A DNA stretch of 45,684 bases from Octopus bimaculoides. Taxonomy: Eukaryota. This document shows positions 26,018 through 39,392 of the stretch, one piece after another (the stretch's first letter is position 1; each line of letters opens with the position of its first letter). Position numbers and translations under genes: made by a program. The stretch is taken from assembly GCF_001194135.2 (NCBI RefSeq), contig NC_068999.1, forward strand, positions 18,796,685 through 18,842,368, written 5' to 3'. The notes under the pieces were generated by a model, which saw only the letters and a program-made list of their open reading frames with translations, ran no database searches and was not told the DNA's origin.

Positions 26018-26227
26018 CCCCGGGGTGCGGAAAAGTCACCTGGCTTTAAGGTAATCACCAATGACCTAGTTGGAGTCTCAACATTCCGAGTTATTTTACA
26101 CGGCTTAGAAAATCTGAAAAGATGTTGCAATAAATATATGAATCTAAGGAGAAAGTATTGAATAAAATCAACTTTTCTTCGTGTATATACTTTTACAGAA
26201 AGCCAGGAACGTTTCAGTACCCCCTCG
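26018..26227 (+). mobile_element. Mariner-derived MITE (~210 bp) of a different subfamily from the two full-length copies
   Basis: TA-flanked imperfect TIRs: left CCCCGGGGTGCGGAAAAGTCACCTGGCTTT, right (reverse complement) CGAGGGGGTACTGAAACGTTCCTGGCTTT. The interior retains a transposase C-terminal-like remnant GLENLKRCCNKYMNLRRKY. Confidence 0.75.
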
Positions 26228-27628
26228 TAACTCACTTAATACTTATCCGTATTTCCAAACATTAAGTAGTATTACGTTACTCCCTATCGTTGTTTGATAG
26301 CTTTCAAAATATCGGAAACTTTATACATTGCATCTTTAAACTTAATGATTTCATTTCCAGTTGTTGTTAATAAAATTTGTCAAGCGACGAATAGGTAATC
26401 TTAATCTATATTCATTTGGCTATCTTAGAGAGAAGAGCTTTCCTTTTGTACAGATCTAAATGATAATTTCATTTTTCGAATAGCCATTAAACGACGTTTC
26501 TTCTCAGAATTTATTAAACACGAAGGTTTGACGCGAAATGGTTTTACTCCAGGATCATCCATTTTGTTTGTAATTTTCATATTTACATTCTTGCATGAGT
26601 AAGCATTACAAACACTCTTTAACATAATGTTTAAATCATTGATTGACATTACAAACTATTTTGGCTCTTACACCTATCAAGTATGCACGTTTTACACATT
26701 TACAATATTTTGCAATATTTATTTAAATTGAAGTTAAATAAATGTATATTTTATTTAAGGCAAGAAAAAAGGAGATTTTAGCATCATTTGTTTCGATAAT
26801 CACTTATCTTTGCATGCCGAGATAATCATATTTAGTCATTCCAGTTTGTTTGGTCGATTACTTTAATCTGGAATGCCTGTCCAAAATAAACAAAATTTGA
26901 GCAAGGTGATGTTTAGGCTTCGGTGTTAAAACATTTCTCAATTCAACTTTATCGGATTGCAAATAAATGCTGCAGTGCACACTACACAAACTGTAAAGTT
27001 CACTAACGCGTGAGAAAAGTTCATAATGTGTTAAACGTGAGCAGCTTATATAGCTTAACACCTTATATAGTGAAGATTTTACGAATAATTTTGGACTAAT
27101 TTAATCCGTAAATTGTTTATAGGAAAAAGTTAAGAAACATAATTGTGCCCACAGATTGGGCCCTTTATTTTTAATTTTTGAGTTCTTCCTACTTTCAATC
27201 GTTGTTTGCCCCCATATAACTTACAATACTAATTAGGTTTTACTACAATAGCATTTCGATAACTCTTGCGAAACGTAGTGGGAATTTACCAAAAAATACA
27301 AAGCAAATACCGAATTGTAAATGGAAGCCACCTGGATGTGCTTTGAAGGAAACTAATGTGTTCATGGAATGAATAGTAAGACTATCGTCTGATAAAGAGC
27401 TTTATGATAATACACTCATGAGGTTACAGTGATCCAGCCAGAGAAAACACAACGTTAGTGTTGCACCCATATTAGAACAATCGCTTACTTAAATAAACAC
27501 AGTAAAAATAAGTTAATGTTAACGTGATTGCTAAGAAGTTTATATCATATTTTATCAAATAATTATACATCTAAAGCTCGATTGCATTCGAATATTATAC
27601 GTCTCCGCCTCTAACATAGATATAATAT

Positions 27629-27683
27629 AGTTGGATATATAATGACGAGATATATAATGACGAGTTGGATATATAAAGGCGAG
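27629..27683. repeat. Short tandem repeat of GATATATAATGACGA (~3 copies)
   Basis: Directly visible; the third copy is diverged. Confidence 0.8.
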
Positions 27684-30600
27684 AGTAAATGTAGCACGTC
27701 TCAGGTTGGAGTTAAGCGTAAAGGTGGACAAAAGTGTTCGCTTTACTAGACACCTTTATCAGTTATTGCGAGTTAAATTTGGGGGTACCAGACATGAAAA
27801 AGAAATATATTGCTTGGTTAGTACTTTATGTGATCGACCATCTGGGCAAAATACGGTGATGTTTTGGTAGGATATAAAATGAGGCCGGTAGAGAAAGGAA
27901 GTACATACTGGATACAATTTTATCCGAAGATTTAAATGTAAGCTCAGGCCAGCAATCTTCTAAATTACATAAATTATATATGTCCATCTAACTTTATATT
28001 ATAGGAATATGAAATAGTGACAGCAGAAGTGGACAAGATAATCCGTAGTCAAATATGTCTTGAAGTGTGTTTTGAAGTGTGTAAGTATTAAGAATACAGG
28101 GATAAAACGATCATTTTGTGCAGAGAAGTGTACGTTAGAATGCTCTTACAGATGAATCTATCTTTGAAAATCTTTTACTGGCTTAATCTCTATTGTAATC
28201 GGTGTTACTTCTTCAGAAATTCTATTGTGAAATTACCTTACATTCGCTATTCCGTACGCATTCGTCACACCTTTATCTAAGAATGTGTTTTAAATCGCAT
28301 TTGGAAGACTTAGTATATTTCAACTTTACATTTAGAGGCGATTTAAGATGACGTTTTCCTTTTATGATGGGGGTCCTATTAGCATTCTTCCTATATAACT
28401 CTATAGAGTATTGTTGCCTGGAGAAATAGCTTTTCTCCGATAACCACACAAAACTGAAGGAATATTCCTCTTCAGTTATTATATTTGATTACTACAAAGC
28501 CATTTAATTAAAATATCTCACTCTGAGATTTCAAATATTGTGTGATAGTTAGATTCGATATCAACGGCTCTGCAGGGAAATCTGCGAGGCAAATGAACAT
28601 GTTAAGTGGCTCGAAGCAACAATCACATTTACTTCAACGTGAGATTGAATGCAAATGTAGGTAATCGAATGTCTAATAGTAAAAATTGAAACGCAATCAA
28701 TGAAAAGACTTCATACGTATTAGATTGTGATGTGGAATTGCATCACCTTTATTTCGTTTTCATAGAACGAGCGATTCTGTAAGATTTCCTATTGTAAATA
28801 TTCTTCAACTCTATATGCATCTACGCTAGTATTAAGATGAATCATACCACTTGAAGAAAACATTGCATGATATTTTTAGTCCACCATTGACATAAATTTG
28901 CTGTTCAATCACTTTTCTCTGGAATGCTAAATTATTAGATATTTTGAAGAATATTACTAATAAAGTAGATTATACAATATTGTGTATTGTAATATCGCCT
29001 AGTTGGAAAAAAGTTTTATACTAATTCAATTAAAATGCGCACTGACGACAATAAAATATGTTGAAAATGTCAAAGGATTATATCATTCTTGTGTGAATAT
29101 GTTTTGATATTCAGCGTATGTGATGGCATATAATAAATATTATTAACTTTAAGAAAAAAAATTCAATACAATAAAAAATACAGTTTGATAATTCTGGTGA
29201 ATATTTCGTTTTCTCTCTTGAGGGTGCGAGAGAGTGAATATTAAAATTACCATAGGAAAAGTGATAACGTTCCATTTTTATAGAAGGAATTTTAATTAAA
29301 TTTTTTAGCAATAAGATCGAAACTATTGCGATAAAAAAAATAAAGTAGAAATATAAGATCCCAATTCGGCTACATGTTTTAGTGTATAAACATTCCTTGT
29401 GTCGTTGATATGGTTAGGGGCAAATAAATTGTATTTCTAAACAGGAACATTTATTCTGAGGGATATAGCGATATACTGCACAGTTGTCTTTAGCTCAGCC
29501 ATATATCTCATTTCGTCTTGATAGACAAACAGCACAACGAGCTGTTTTCATATCAAATTTGTATAATTGTGATTTTCTTCTTTTCTGAATTAAACATATT
29601 ATAAACTGAATTTTGATATAATGCCTCGGGTTAGGAACAAACTTTAAGTAAAAGAAAACGTGAGCAAACGGTGGTCACTTTATCAAAAACTGTTATTTAT
29701 AGTCAACATTATTTTCCATTCTCAACGCGATTTGATTTACAAAAACATTCGTTTCTGCGTGTCTTCAAAATAAACGTATATTTGATTGTAACAGAGCACA
29801 ACTTTAGGTGTATAATCAAGAAATAATAATTCAACGTGCTACTTAGTTAAAAAATAAAAACAATCCTGCTTCAAAAGAAATATTTTTAGAGTTATGTGCA
29901 TTCCTATAGGGCAATTGAGAGTTTAGTCTAACTCATTTAATTACCTACTCTTCTTGGAAATGTAATCCTAATTTGCACTATCCGAATGTATCACGTAGTT
30001 CTTTATTTCTCACTAGAGAAACCAGCTTATCGCTGCAAGCATTCACACAATTCCTACTTCATATATAGATTGACATATAATGATACAGACAACAGTTGGA
30101 GAAATCGAATAACTGCGGTTGTATTTCATAGGCAGTACATTGCTGTTAATTCGATTTAAGCTAACAAAATACTAATATTACAATGAATTACAACTATATC
30201 TAAATATCACATACAGTGGAACATGTGCAATGCATGTAAAAATTCATGTACTAACAAGCGCAAATGAAATCAATAATATTATGAAATATACTATTAATCT
30301 AGCCAAAGGTATCCACGGCTTCATTTTAATCATTTACCACAACAAATGTAACAGCTATTGAGAGCGACAGAAAGACATGGTAAAAGAGACATAGAGAGAA
30401 AGAGGAAGAGGGTAATATACGAAAGAAGACATAATGATTGAATACATACATATATAAACGAAGAGAGAAATAGTGAGCCGAAGAAGAATTTTACTCAGAA
30501 GTGTAGTGAAATGCATTTTAAATGTTAACGGAGAAGAAAATTACAGACATAAATATGCTGGGTGTGAGTATTTAGAACATACCACAAATTCCATATATGT

Positions 30601-31051
30601 TAAGAAAGTTAAAACGAGAAATATACTAGAAAGACAAGGGTGAAGAGGACACACAAAATTTATTGATCTAAGTATACTTGCCCTACTGTTGGTCAATATA
30701 TTAACTTGCAGCTTTAAATGATATGTGTTTATATTTGCACTTGCTTTCTATATGTGCCACGATGAAAGTATGCACGTGTCCGTGTATACATTTATGGAAA
30801 CATAAGTAATGCTGTTTTATATATAAAAAAAACCCTGTTATAATGGTGAAGAAACTTTTGAAAGATCATCTATAAGATAATTGTCTACATAATCTTAAAC
30901 ACAGAATAAGCAGGTACCAATGTATTCCCATGAGTAAGTGCATGATCACAAAAGTCATTACATGCGCGTATTCTTGATACTTTTTCTGCATTCTACATTT
31001 TGCTGGTACCATATCTGATATTTTTTTTCTTTTTCTTATGTTTTATGACAG

Positions 31052-31201
31052 ACACTTGCAGACATTGAGTATGGACATGAATGTAATCAAATTGGTATGC
31101 ATAGACTGGACGTATTGAAAGACGAAACGTTATTTATATGCAGTTGCCATTGTATATATGCAAGGGCTGTACACATGGCTTTAACAGATACATCCAGAGC
31201 G
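31052..31201 (+). CDS. Candidate internal coding exon (150 nt, phase 0-0) of an unidentified gene
   Basis: Branch-point-like CTGAT, a long poly-pyrimidine tract and GACAG| acceptor; donor GCG|GTGAGA. One frame is open and is bounded by stops just outside both splice sites: TLADIEYGHECNQIGMHRLDVLKDETLFICSCHCIYARAVHMALTDTSRA. No family recognised. Confidence 0.4.
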
Positions 31202-31363
31202 GTGAGATAACAACGACTGTGTGGAAGATCGGGGTGTTATCGATCACTCAGTTTAATTGTTCCTGTTTTCCTTTCATTGTTAAAATGTATGGCTATCGTT
31301 TAGCCAAATTCTCAATGAGAATAATACCTACTCTGTTCTCTATTTCTTCCTTGCTTTCGTTAT

Positions 31364-31474
31364 ATGTATGTGTGTGTTTGCATCCATGTATATATGTGTG
31401 TGTGTGTGTGTGCGTGTGGTTATGCGTACGTGTGTGATTGTATATATGTATGTATATGTGTGTGTGTCTATGTG

Positions 31475-31531
<57 letters not shown>

Positions 31532-31583
31532 ATATGAGTGTGTGTGTCTCTATATGTATGTCTGTGTGTGTGTGTATGTGTGC
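31364..31583. repeat. Compound (TG)/(TA) microsatellite
   Basis: Directly visible. Confidence 0.95.
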
Positions 31584-32058
31584 ATTCCACGAACCATCAA
31601 CTAAATACGGAATCTGAAAGAAACATAAAAAAATTATCTCTGCAATGGTTGAAAACAGGACTCCTGTTTTCTTAATGATAAATGTAAAACTAAAAATATA
31701 ATATATAGATGTAAAGTTACGTCTGAGGGAAGTGAATATTTTTACGTCGGTGTGAATGCTCTAACTTTCAAAAACAGCCTGACTAATCAAATTCATTTAG
31801 AGATAAAAATAAAGAATTCCAAGCAAGTCACAATATGTTGATCTGAAACAAAAAATATACTATCAACTGGGAATTAATTAGTACTGCGAAATCATACAGA
31901 TCAGGCGCTAATCAATGTGAATTTCATATAGAAGAATTCTACCGTTCTTTTTTTTTATTACATCAGAGGATAATACTGTCACTTCTAAGCAAAAACAAGT
32001 TTCATGACGCTTCCATATGACAAAATGTATCTATGCACAATACGAATGGGTTATGAAT

Positions 32059-32161
32059 ATTTAAACAACGAATTTAAAAAAAAATTACTTACTATAAGAT
32101 ATAAACGATTATTTAAACAACAAATCTTTAAAAAAATACTTACTATAAGATATAAACGATT
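32059..32161. repeat. Tandem duplication, 2 x ~51 bp
   Basis: ATTTAAACAAC...TACTTACTATAAGATATAAACGATT occurs twice head-to-tail. Confidence 0.9.
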
Positions 32162-32539
32162 GATTATTCAATGAATAATTGGAATTGAAAATAATTCGCG
32201 TCTAAATTAACGAAAAACTCCGTTTCATTGAACGAAAAGAAAATCAAAATAAAAGTTTAACCAATTAAGACTCAAAGGATATTATAGTAAAGAGCCTGAA
32301 GAGACTGTGCTGGTGTTATAGTATAGTTGCAATTGCAACATTTACTAACCGATGCAGTCTAAACATATGTAGGTCTATTTAACGCTGTATTTATGTTTAA
32401 AAAATGAATTTAAAGTTATGATTATGCTACTTCGGCATAATCGTTTTTTATTGAGTGACAAAGTAGTGTATGCCATGAAACTGAGACTTAGATACAATAT
32501 ACGGAGCCCACTATACCCATCGTGAATACCCGTCTGGTG

Positions 32540-32662
32540 AGGGTACACCAAGCACATGCATCACAAACATACTTGCGCACCATGGTGATTTCATATCAAG
32601 AGAAACAGCGCATGACCTTGCAGGTGGGCACCAGTTAGAATTTTCTTCAGGTCGGGTAGTAC
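32540..32662. mobile_element. Interspersed repeat (SINE-like) fragment
   Basis: GCACCATGGTGATTTCATATCAAGAGAAACAGCGCATGACCTTGCAGGTGGGCACCAGTTAGAATTTTCTTCAGGTCG resembles an abundant Octopus repeat by recollection only. A (TTR)n tract follows. Confidence 0.5.
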
Positions 32663-35600
32663 ATCTATTATTATTGTTATTATTGTTGTTGTTGTTGTTG
32701 TTACATACAGGCATGTATGTGTCTGAGGGGATGTGTTTGTGCGTGTATTAATTTATGTGTGAATGTGCGTACGTGCATATTTGTCTGTGTGTGTGTGTGC
32801 GTGTGTGTGATTTACTTGAGTTTCTGCTGTCTTAGTGCCGGCGTGACCTTGCCTATTACTTCGATTTGAGATTTCAGTAAACACGACGACAACAATTGTT
32901 TTGAAATTTTCTTCATACCTTACATTTTTTGTGTGGAGATGGGAAATTTGTTTCCAGAAGGCATAATGCTATATTTGCAGGTTTCGTTGTCACTTGTAAT
33001 TATTCAATTTTTATCTGCTGAGGAATCTTCTGAAAAGGATTGGATTATATTTGTTTCGACAATGTTATCACATCCAACGTTTTCATTACATCACATGCAT
33101 ATGCATGTTTGCGTTGCGTTGCTTCAAAATTCTATTCAAGAATTTTGCTTATGTATAGCAGCTTCTGTTTGATTCTTGCACAGAGCCTTAAAATCATGAG
33201 GGTACTTTCCAGAAATACTTTGGTCTCCATATTACACCTACCTGAATGGAACGCCTGTTCGTAACAGGATTGTTCCTTTTTGACACGTGGGTGGACAGCG
33301 ATAACACTCAATGAAGTGTTTTGCAGAAGAACACAAAACAGCACCATGTCCAGAAATACGCACCGCAATCTTACGATCAACACCCTATCCTCTATATGTA
33401 TACACAAATACACACGCTCACACGTTTACGTATGTATACATATATATTTGTTTACATGTGTGCGTGCGTACGTACGTGCGTGTGTGTTTGTGTATCTGTG
33501 GATCAAAACGGTTTGATTAAACTTCTTTAGTACTCTGAATTTCAAGCGTGTCGCTAGTATTCGGCTATTGGAATCTGAATGGCAGTTCTATACTAATCTA
33601 TACACATTGTGTTCTGGAGCATATGTACATTAAATCCTATGGCAGTTTATTAGTCTCACTATACCTAAGCAATATATATATATATATATTTATATCATGT
33701 GGTCATATTTCATGAAGCAGCAAATCACTCGATCAGCTAAAACAGCACAGATTAACGTAAGTTAAAAACCAGAAAATTTGCAACTACCTACCCAGTGTTT
33801 CTGGGTCAAAACAATAATTTATTCAGTCACTTGTTAAGTTTATATGAAGGCCCTTTGTCGCATGATGTTTTGTGTAGGTAACGTTTAAACAGGAGACAAT
33901 TGTAAAGACAAAAATGAAAAATACAAGTGAAATATCGCACGTGAACATAATTCGATGTAAAGCAGATGTTAATTGTTTATTTAGTATCCGGAGGTGTACT
34001 TTTAAATTCCCGTCAGAAGTGTTTTTGGAAATGTGGACAAAAAGAAAACTTCGTTCTTCAAATTTTTGAATTCCTAGAATATTCTCAATTGTTTTAATAG
34101 ATACAGTTTTTCAGTCGGCCTCACTGAGCGTTTTCTAGACCCGTTAACATACGTTCTGGATTTAGACCCGTTTTTAATATAAGTTCTGGATATCGAATTT
34201 AGGCCCTTCGTCTTTCAGTTTCAAAATTAAAGCCGAAAGGTTTGTTGAATACCTCTTATCATGGTAGCTAAAATTCGAAGGATGATTGTTAAATCTAGAT
34301 TGAAATTCTCCTCCCACAGCTCTAAAATATAATGTTTAGTATTTTTGCGACCATTGCCTTACTTTGCTGAAATTTCCTCCACGTTTTAAAGAGCTTATTC
34401 CTGTCGAGACCTCTTGAGTGAGCCTTACTCTCACTCTAATATGTTCCAATCTAGATTGGCTACAGATATACGACAATTTAGAAACACAAATAGTAAGTTT
34501 ATATTTTCGAAAAAGACTAAAAATCTATACGATGTAGATAGAGATAAGCAAACAAAAAAAACATGTTAATTAATGACATTACAGATAAATATTAAAAATC
34601 CGATATAAATTTGTATAATGCTGTTAACATAGAGACTGAAACTCTCGCAAATGAGTTTAATACAGATAACAGAATTGAATGCCTGGTCAAGAGGTAGACG
34701 TTTATTTCACTGAACCTGACTTTCATTAGACCACAGTGTAAGCTAATGATCTCAGTTTAAGACTGAACTAGGTATAGCAATTAAAAATATTTAGGAAACA
34801 TTAACAACAAAATTAAGGAATCGTCAAAACTGCTTATACGCTTTAACATTTTCTCGGTGATATCTTAAATTAAAGGAAATTCAAACAATTTAGTATTGTG
34901 GATTTTATCCATAAACATCTTATCCGCTCCTACGTAACACGTTAGTGTTTCTTCGTTCATTTATAACTATAAATGAGCAAGAAATACAGCTCATTATGTA
35001 CGCACGTAAGACATACTCAGCAACGTACCAACGGACCTATTTGGTTGAAACAAGATAATCAAAGCGATTATTATTGCGCAGATATATGCGATTTAGTTGG
35101 TTTATATATATTAATCCATCTTTTTCAGATATTTGCCTGTCATAGCTTCGATATATACCACGACGATGATTTAACTGTATAATACAAGTGTGAATGCGAT
35201 TTCTACCTTCAGGTTTTAGATCTTAAATTATCTATTGATACCAACCTAAAATGGATTGATCGAATTCTTTTTCTGTATGTCTGATTCACGACCCCACTTT
35301 GTATGTCAATTTTATTAAATATTTTTTTTCTAATCTATACTCCTCCAATGAAATTTTCATAAGACTCATGATATTTCCCCATATTCAGCATAAAAGGTAA
35401 TCTGTCTTTGCTAAATCTCGTATTTATTAAATCATTCTTTCAAACCAAGCAAAACAAACACACATCATATGATACGATCTGTTATTCGTCATTAAATCTA
35501 AGCCTTTTTCCACTTATTTATTTTCTAACGTCAAATATTTCCTTGAAAACATAGATCTAAATACCTGGAACTCAAATCATACCCGTATGTATACACACGT

Positions 35601-38202
35601 GCACTCATATATATACGCACCTATATGTATATAACTATATATAAAACTATACATATATGTACAAACGCTTACATATATATGTCTGTGTGTGTGCTTGTGC
35701 GTGTGAATGGAAATATGAATGCATATATATATATATATATATATACACTCAAAAATAAGAGGAATGACCAGCAAAAGTGAACTCATATATGCTAGAAATA
35801 GATGCCGCATCATCTAACCACGAAAAACATGTTCTCAGTAAAAATTTAGCGACACAACAGACTGTAAAAGGGCAAGACAAAAGCAAGAATACTAAATAAA
35901 AAAAAAAACGATTAACCTACGTACCATGGTTTCACCTGTTAAAATTTACATAAGTAAATATCTGCAGGATCTTCAGCGTAGTCTGTTGATTTATAAAATA
36001 TAATTTCCAGAACTAGACACAAGACGTCCACCCGAAAGGGAGCACGTCTAGAGTTCTACAAATTACATTCAGTGTACCCCTTCAAATGTCTTCAATCTGG
36101 CGCGTTAAGTCCGGAAATAATTCTGCAGTTAATAAATTTTTGCTGCTAATTGGCCGGTTTGAGAACATCATTATTAAAATTTTATTAATAAGGGTAGCAA
36201 TGTGTACAAATAATGCTCTAAGATGTATACATTTTCCAAGACACACATTTCTCTGGTTTAAATAAAATATATATTGAAGTATGACCGGGTATTATAGTAC
36301 ATTATAATATAATATTACGTCTTAAGGCAGGCCATATCGAAGTATAATTTAGCGATAGCAGTTGTGTTTTTTGCAAAAGCTTCTAGAGATAATATAATAT
36401 AGATTTCCATTGTAATAGGGGATTGTTTATAATTTATTAGTAATATTATTAATATTATTAATAATATTATGAGGGGTTGTCTCCCCTTAACGGACCTTTA
36501 TTTAAGGAGGAATTTATTTGACGAGTTATTTAAGGAGAAATTTGAATATGGACTGGACTTAGAATCGATGTTTTGATGTTTACCTTTTGTTCTTAACCTT
36601 TTTTTCCTGAAGATGTGTAAGGCAATTTATACGTCGGACTTGAATTTGACAGTTAAATATAGCCTTATACAGAAATGTTGACATAGGAATAAATTTCAAT
36701 AATAATGGATATTAGCGTCAAAACTCTCTTTTAAATTTAAAATTTCATNNNNNNNNNNNNNNNNNNNNNNNNNNNNNNNNNNNNNNNNNNNNNNNNNNNN
36801 NNNNNNNNNNNNNNNNNNNNNNNNNNNNNNNNNNNNNNNNNNNNNNNNNNNNNNNNNNNNNNNNNNNNNNNNNNNNNNNNNNNNNNNNATGTCTCTATGA
36901 CTTGATATTCGTATCATGAACGTTACAACAGAAACTACGTAGACAATATACGCTGACATAGATAGTAATGAAGAATGAAGTCTTCATGATTCGAACTTCA
37001 CACCATAAGAATCATATATTGAAGATGTTTAAATTAAATATTATATATAATTGACTTTAATAAAAAGACAATGTGCAGATATTGTTTTCTCATTCATTGA
37101 ATTATATATGTATAGGGAAGGAGGAACGTAACAGTAGCAGGCCAATTGGATATCGAACTAAAAATCTTATAAGATTTGGCCATACGAAATATATTTTCTC
37201 ATTTTCCCTAATGTTAGCAATAAATTCCCCCACTTGGACATTTTGTTGCACACCAGATTTCAGAATGTAGGACAGAAAATACAAGATGCTCAAATAAATC
37301 TATTAATGGGAGATGCATTACATATGCCTTATATACATACACACATAAGCACATAAACACACACACATATGTATAGATACACGCACATACAGAATGCGAT
37401 ACTATGATAGAGAGAGTTAGAGAGAATCTGATCGATTGATAGATAGATAGATAGATANNNNNNNNNNATAGATAGAATCATTACGTTATTTCTTTATAAA
37501 AGTTTCTCGGGGGGGGGGGAACATTTATTTTTCTTTAAACTAATGGCTATTTGTAAGTACGGTACGGGTAATAGATACCGAGAGTAAAAGTTGGACTTGA
37601 TTTTATTCTAGGAGTGTTTCATTTCACGAGATTTGGCATTCAATTAGCACAATTCCTGTGGCCTTTATAGCTTTTACTTTCTGCTGGGTTTTGACAATTT
37701 AATTCTGAAGAGCACTTCATTGTTCTATATAGTCTGCGAGTGATTTCAACTTGCTAAGCATTATCTTGTTCATTTAACCGTGTTGTGGCGAATAATCACG
37801 AATCTATGTTTAACACTTTAGCTGTTTTTCACTCAAGTAACATAATTCTAATATTATCTGAAGTTGATTCCAGCAACAGACTATATCAGCTTAGTTGTGG
37901 TCAACTGCCAAGACCACTATATATCATTCTTGTAATATTCTATGAAATAAACTTTGATCTACTTCTGATTGTGATGGTCAGATGGACTCTGAAACAAAAT
38001 TGTCGAAAAATGTGTTTATGAACCTAACCGCAAGAGTGCACTAAAGTATAAGAGTCATATCTCTATACACATCAAGTTATCTATATGTTTTAAAGTCAAG
38101 AAACTTATTTTCAACTCCGCATACGCACACACACATGCACACATGTTGTTATATATGGCGGTGCTCCAGCTTGGCCACAGTTACATTATTGAAACAAGTA
38201 AA

Positions 38203-38361
38203 ATAATATATATATATATATATATATATGCATATATATATATATGTGTGTGTGTATATATATATATACATATATATGTATATATATATATATGTGTGTG
38301 TATATATACACACATATATATATATAAATAAATATACGTACGTACATACATACACACACAT

Positions 38362-38394
<33 letters not shown>

Positions 38395-38402
38395 CATATA
38401 TA
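38203..38402. repeat. Compound (TA)/(TG)/(CA) microsatellite
   Basis: Directly visible. Confidence 0.95.
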
Positions 38403-38430
38403 CAGGCTTGGCCAAAAGTCACTTGATAGA
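38403..38430 (+). mobile_element. Possible orphan Tc1-like terminal inverted repeat
   Basis: TA|CAGGCTTGGCCAAAAGTCACTTG at the end of a (TA)n tract resembles Tc1-family ends (CAG..GGCCAAAA). The partner end was not found. Confidence 0.35.
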
Positions 38431-39121
38431 AAATCAAACTCACCTAATTACAAGATTAAAACAAGAAAATATTCTATATGACACTTCTCTAATAGCTAAA
38501 TAAATGTTGAAACAAACGGTGATGTTTACTCACAACATTCAATTATAAAACATTCATAATTGAAATGAATAAATAAAATTGAATATTGAGTATTTATGGA
38601 ATTTTGATATACTGTCGGGTGACAAAAAGCTTATAGACATACATACCTACATAATACGCGCACACTCGCCCATGCACATACACGGACCCAGCACGCACAC
38701 ATACACACGCATACACATGTACATACACAAAAGCACACAGCCATACATACATGCAACTACCCTACTTTCACTTTCCATCCTTCTCACCATCGATTCACAG
38801 TTGTTACGTCTTTTTGCCAGTGAATTCCGGCGAAAGCTAATGTGACTGCCATTGACAAGTTGACAGTTGCAGACTTACTGGTATAATGGCAGTGGAGATG
38901 AGTGCTGGTGGCGAGGAGCGGTGCTGGGATATATTGGTGGAAGTAGTGAAGCTGAGTGGTGGCTTTCAAAAACAAAAGTGAAAGTAGTGGGTTGGAGGAG
39001 TCGGCCCCCACAAGAACATTGAACCCTGTCGGAAACTCTTTCCGATGCCTATGAGGCGTAAGTAAGCCAATGTAGAAACAATGCAAATATGACAACAGTA
39101 AAGAATATGGAAACAGCACTT

Positions 39122-39214
39122 TACCAACACCACCACCAGCAGTCGCTGCTGCAACAGTAGTAGTCTAGTAGTAACAGCAGCAGCAGCAGCAATAGTAGTA
39201 GTAGTAACAGTAGT
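39122..39214. repeat. Trinucleotide (CAC/CAG/TAG) low-complexity tract before a gap
   Basis: Directly visible. Confidence 0.85.
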
Positions 39215-39314
39215 NNNNNNNNNNNNNNNNNNNNNNNNNNNNNNNNNNNNNNNNNNNNNNNNNNNNNNNNNNNNNNNNNNNNNNNNNNNNNNNNNNNNNN
39301 NNNNNNNNNNNNNN

Positions 39315-39392
39315 TGTCGGTGGCCAGGCATGGGACTCGAACTCACACATCTATGATTACGCGTCAATGTATTAAATACTTTGGCATATTGT
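39315..39392 (-). mobile_element. tRNA-like SINE head next to a gap
   Basis: The minus strand has B box GAGTTCGAGTCCC and a degraded A box upstream. There is no cloverleaf or acceptor stem, so it is not a tRNA gene. Confidence 0.55.

Noticed and set aside
29620-29745. Possible mariner 3' remnant on the minus strand
   Set aside because: Only a vague VENGK-like tail and no convincing TIR.
32492-32660. Protein-like open frame DTIYGAHYTHREYPSGEG...LEFSSG as an exon
   Set aside because: The acceptor is weak and most of the stretch matches a recalled interspersed repeat.
39315-39392. tRNA gene
   Set aside because: Only the B box is intact and no cloverleaf forms; it is a SINE head.
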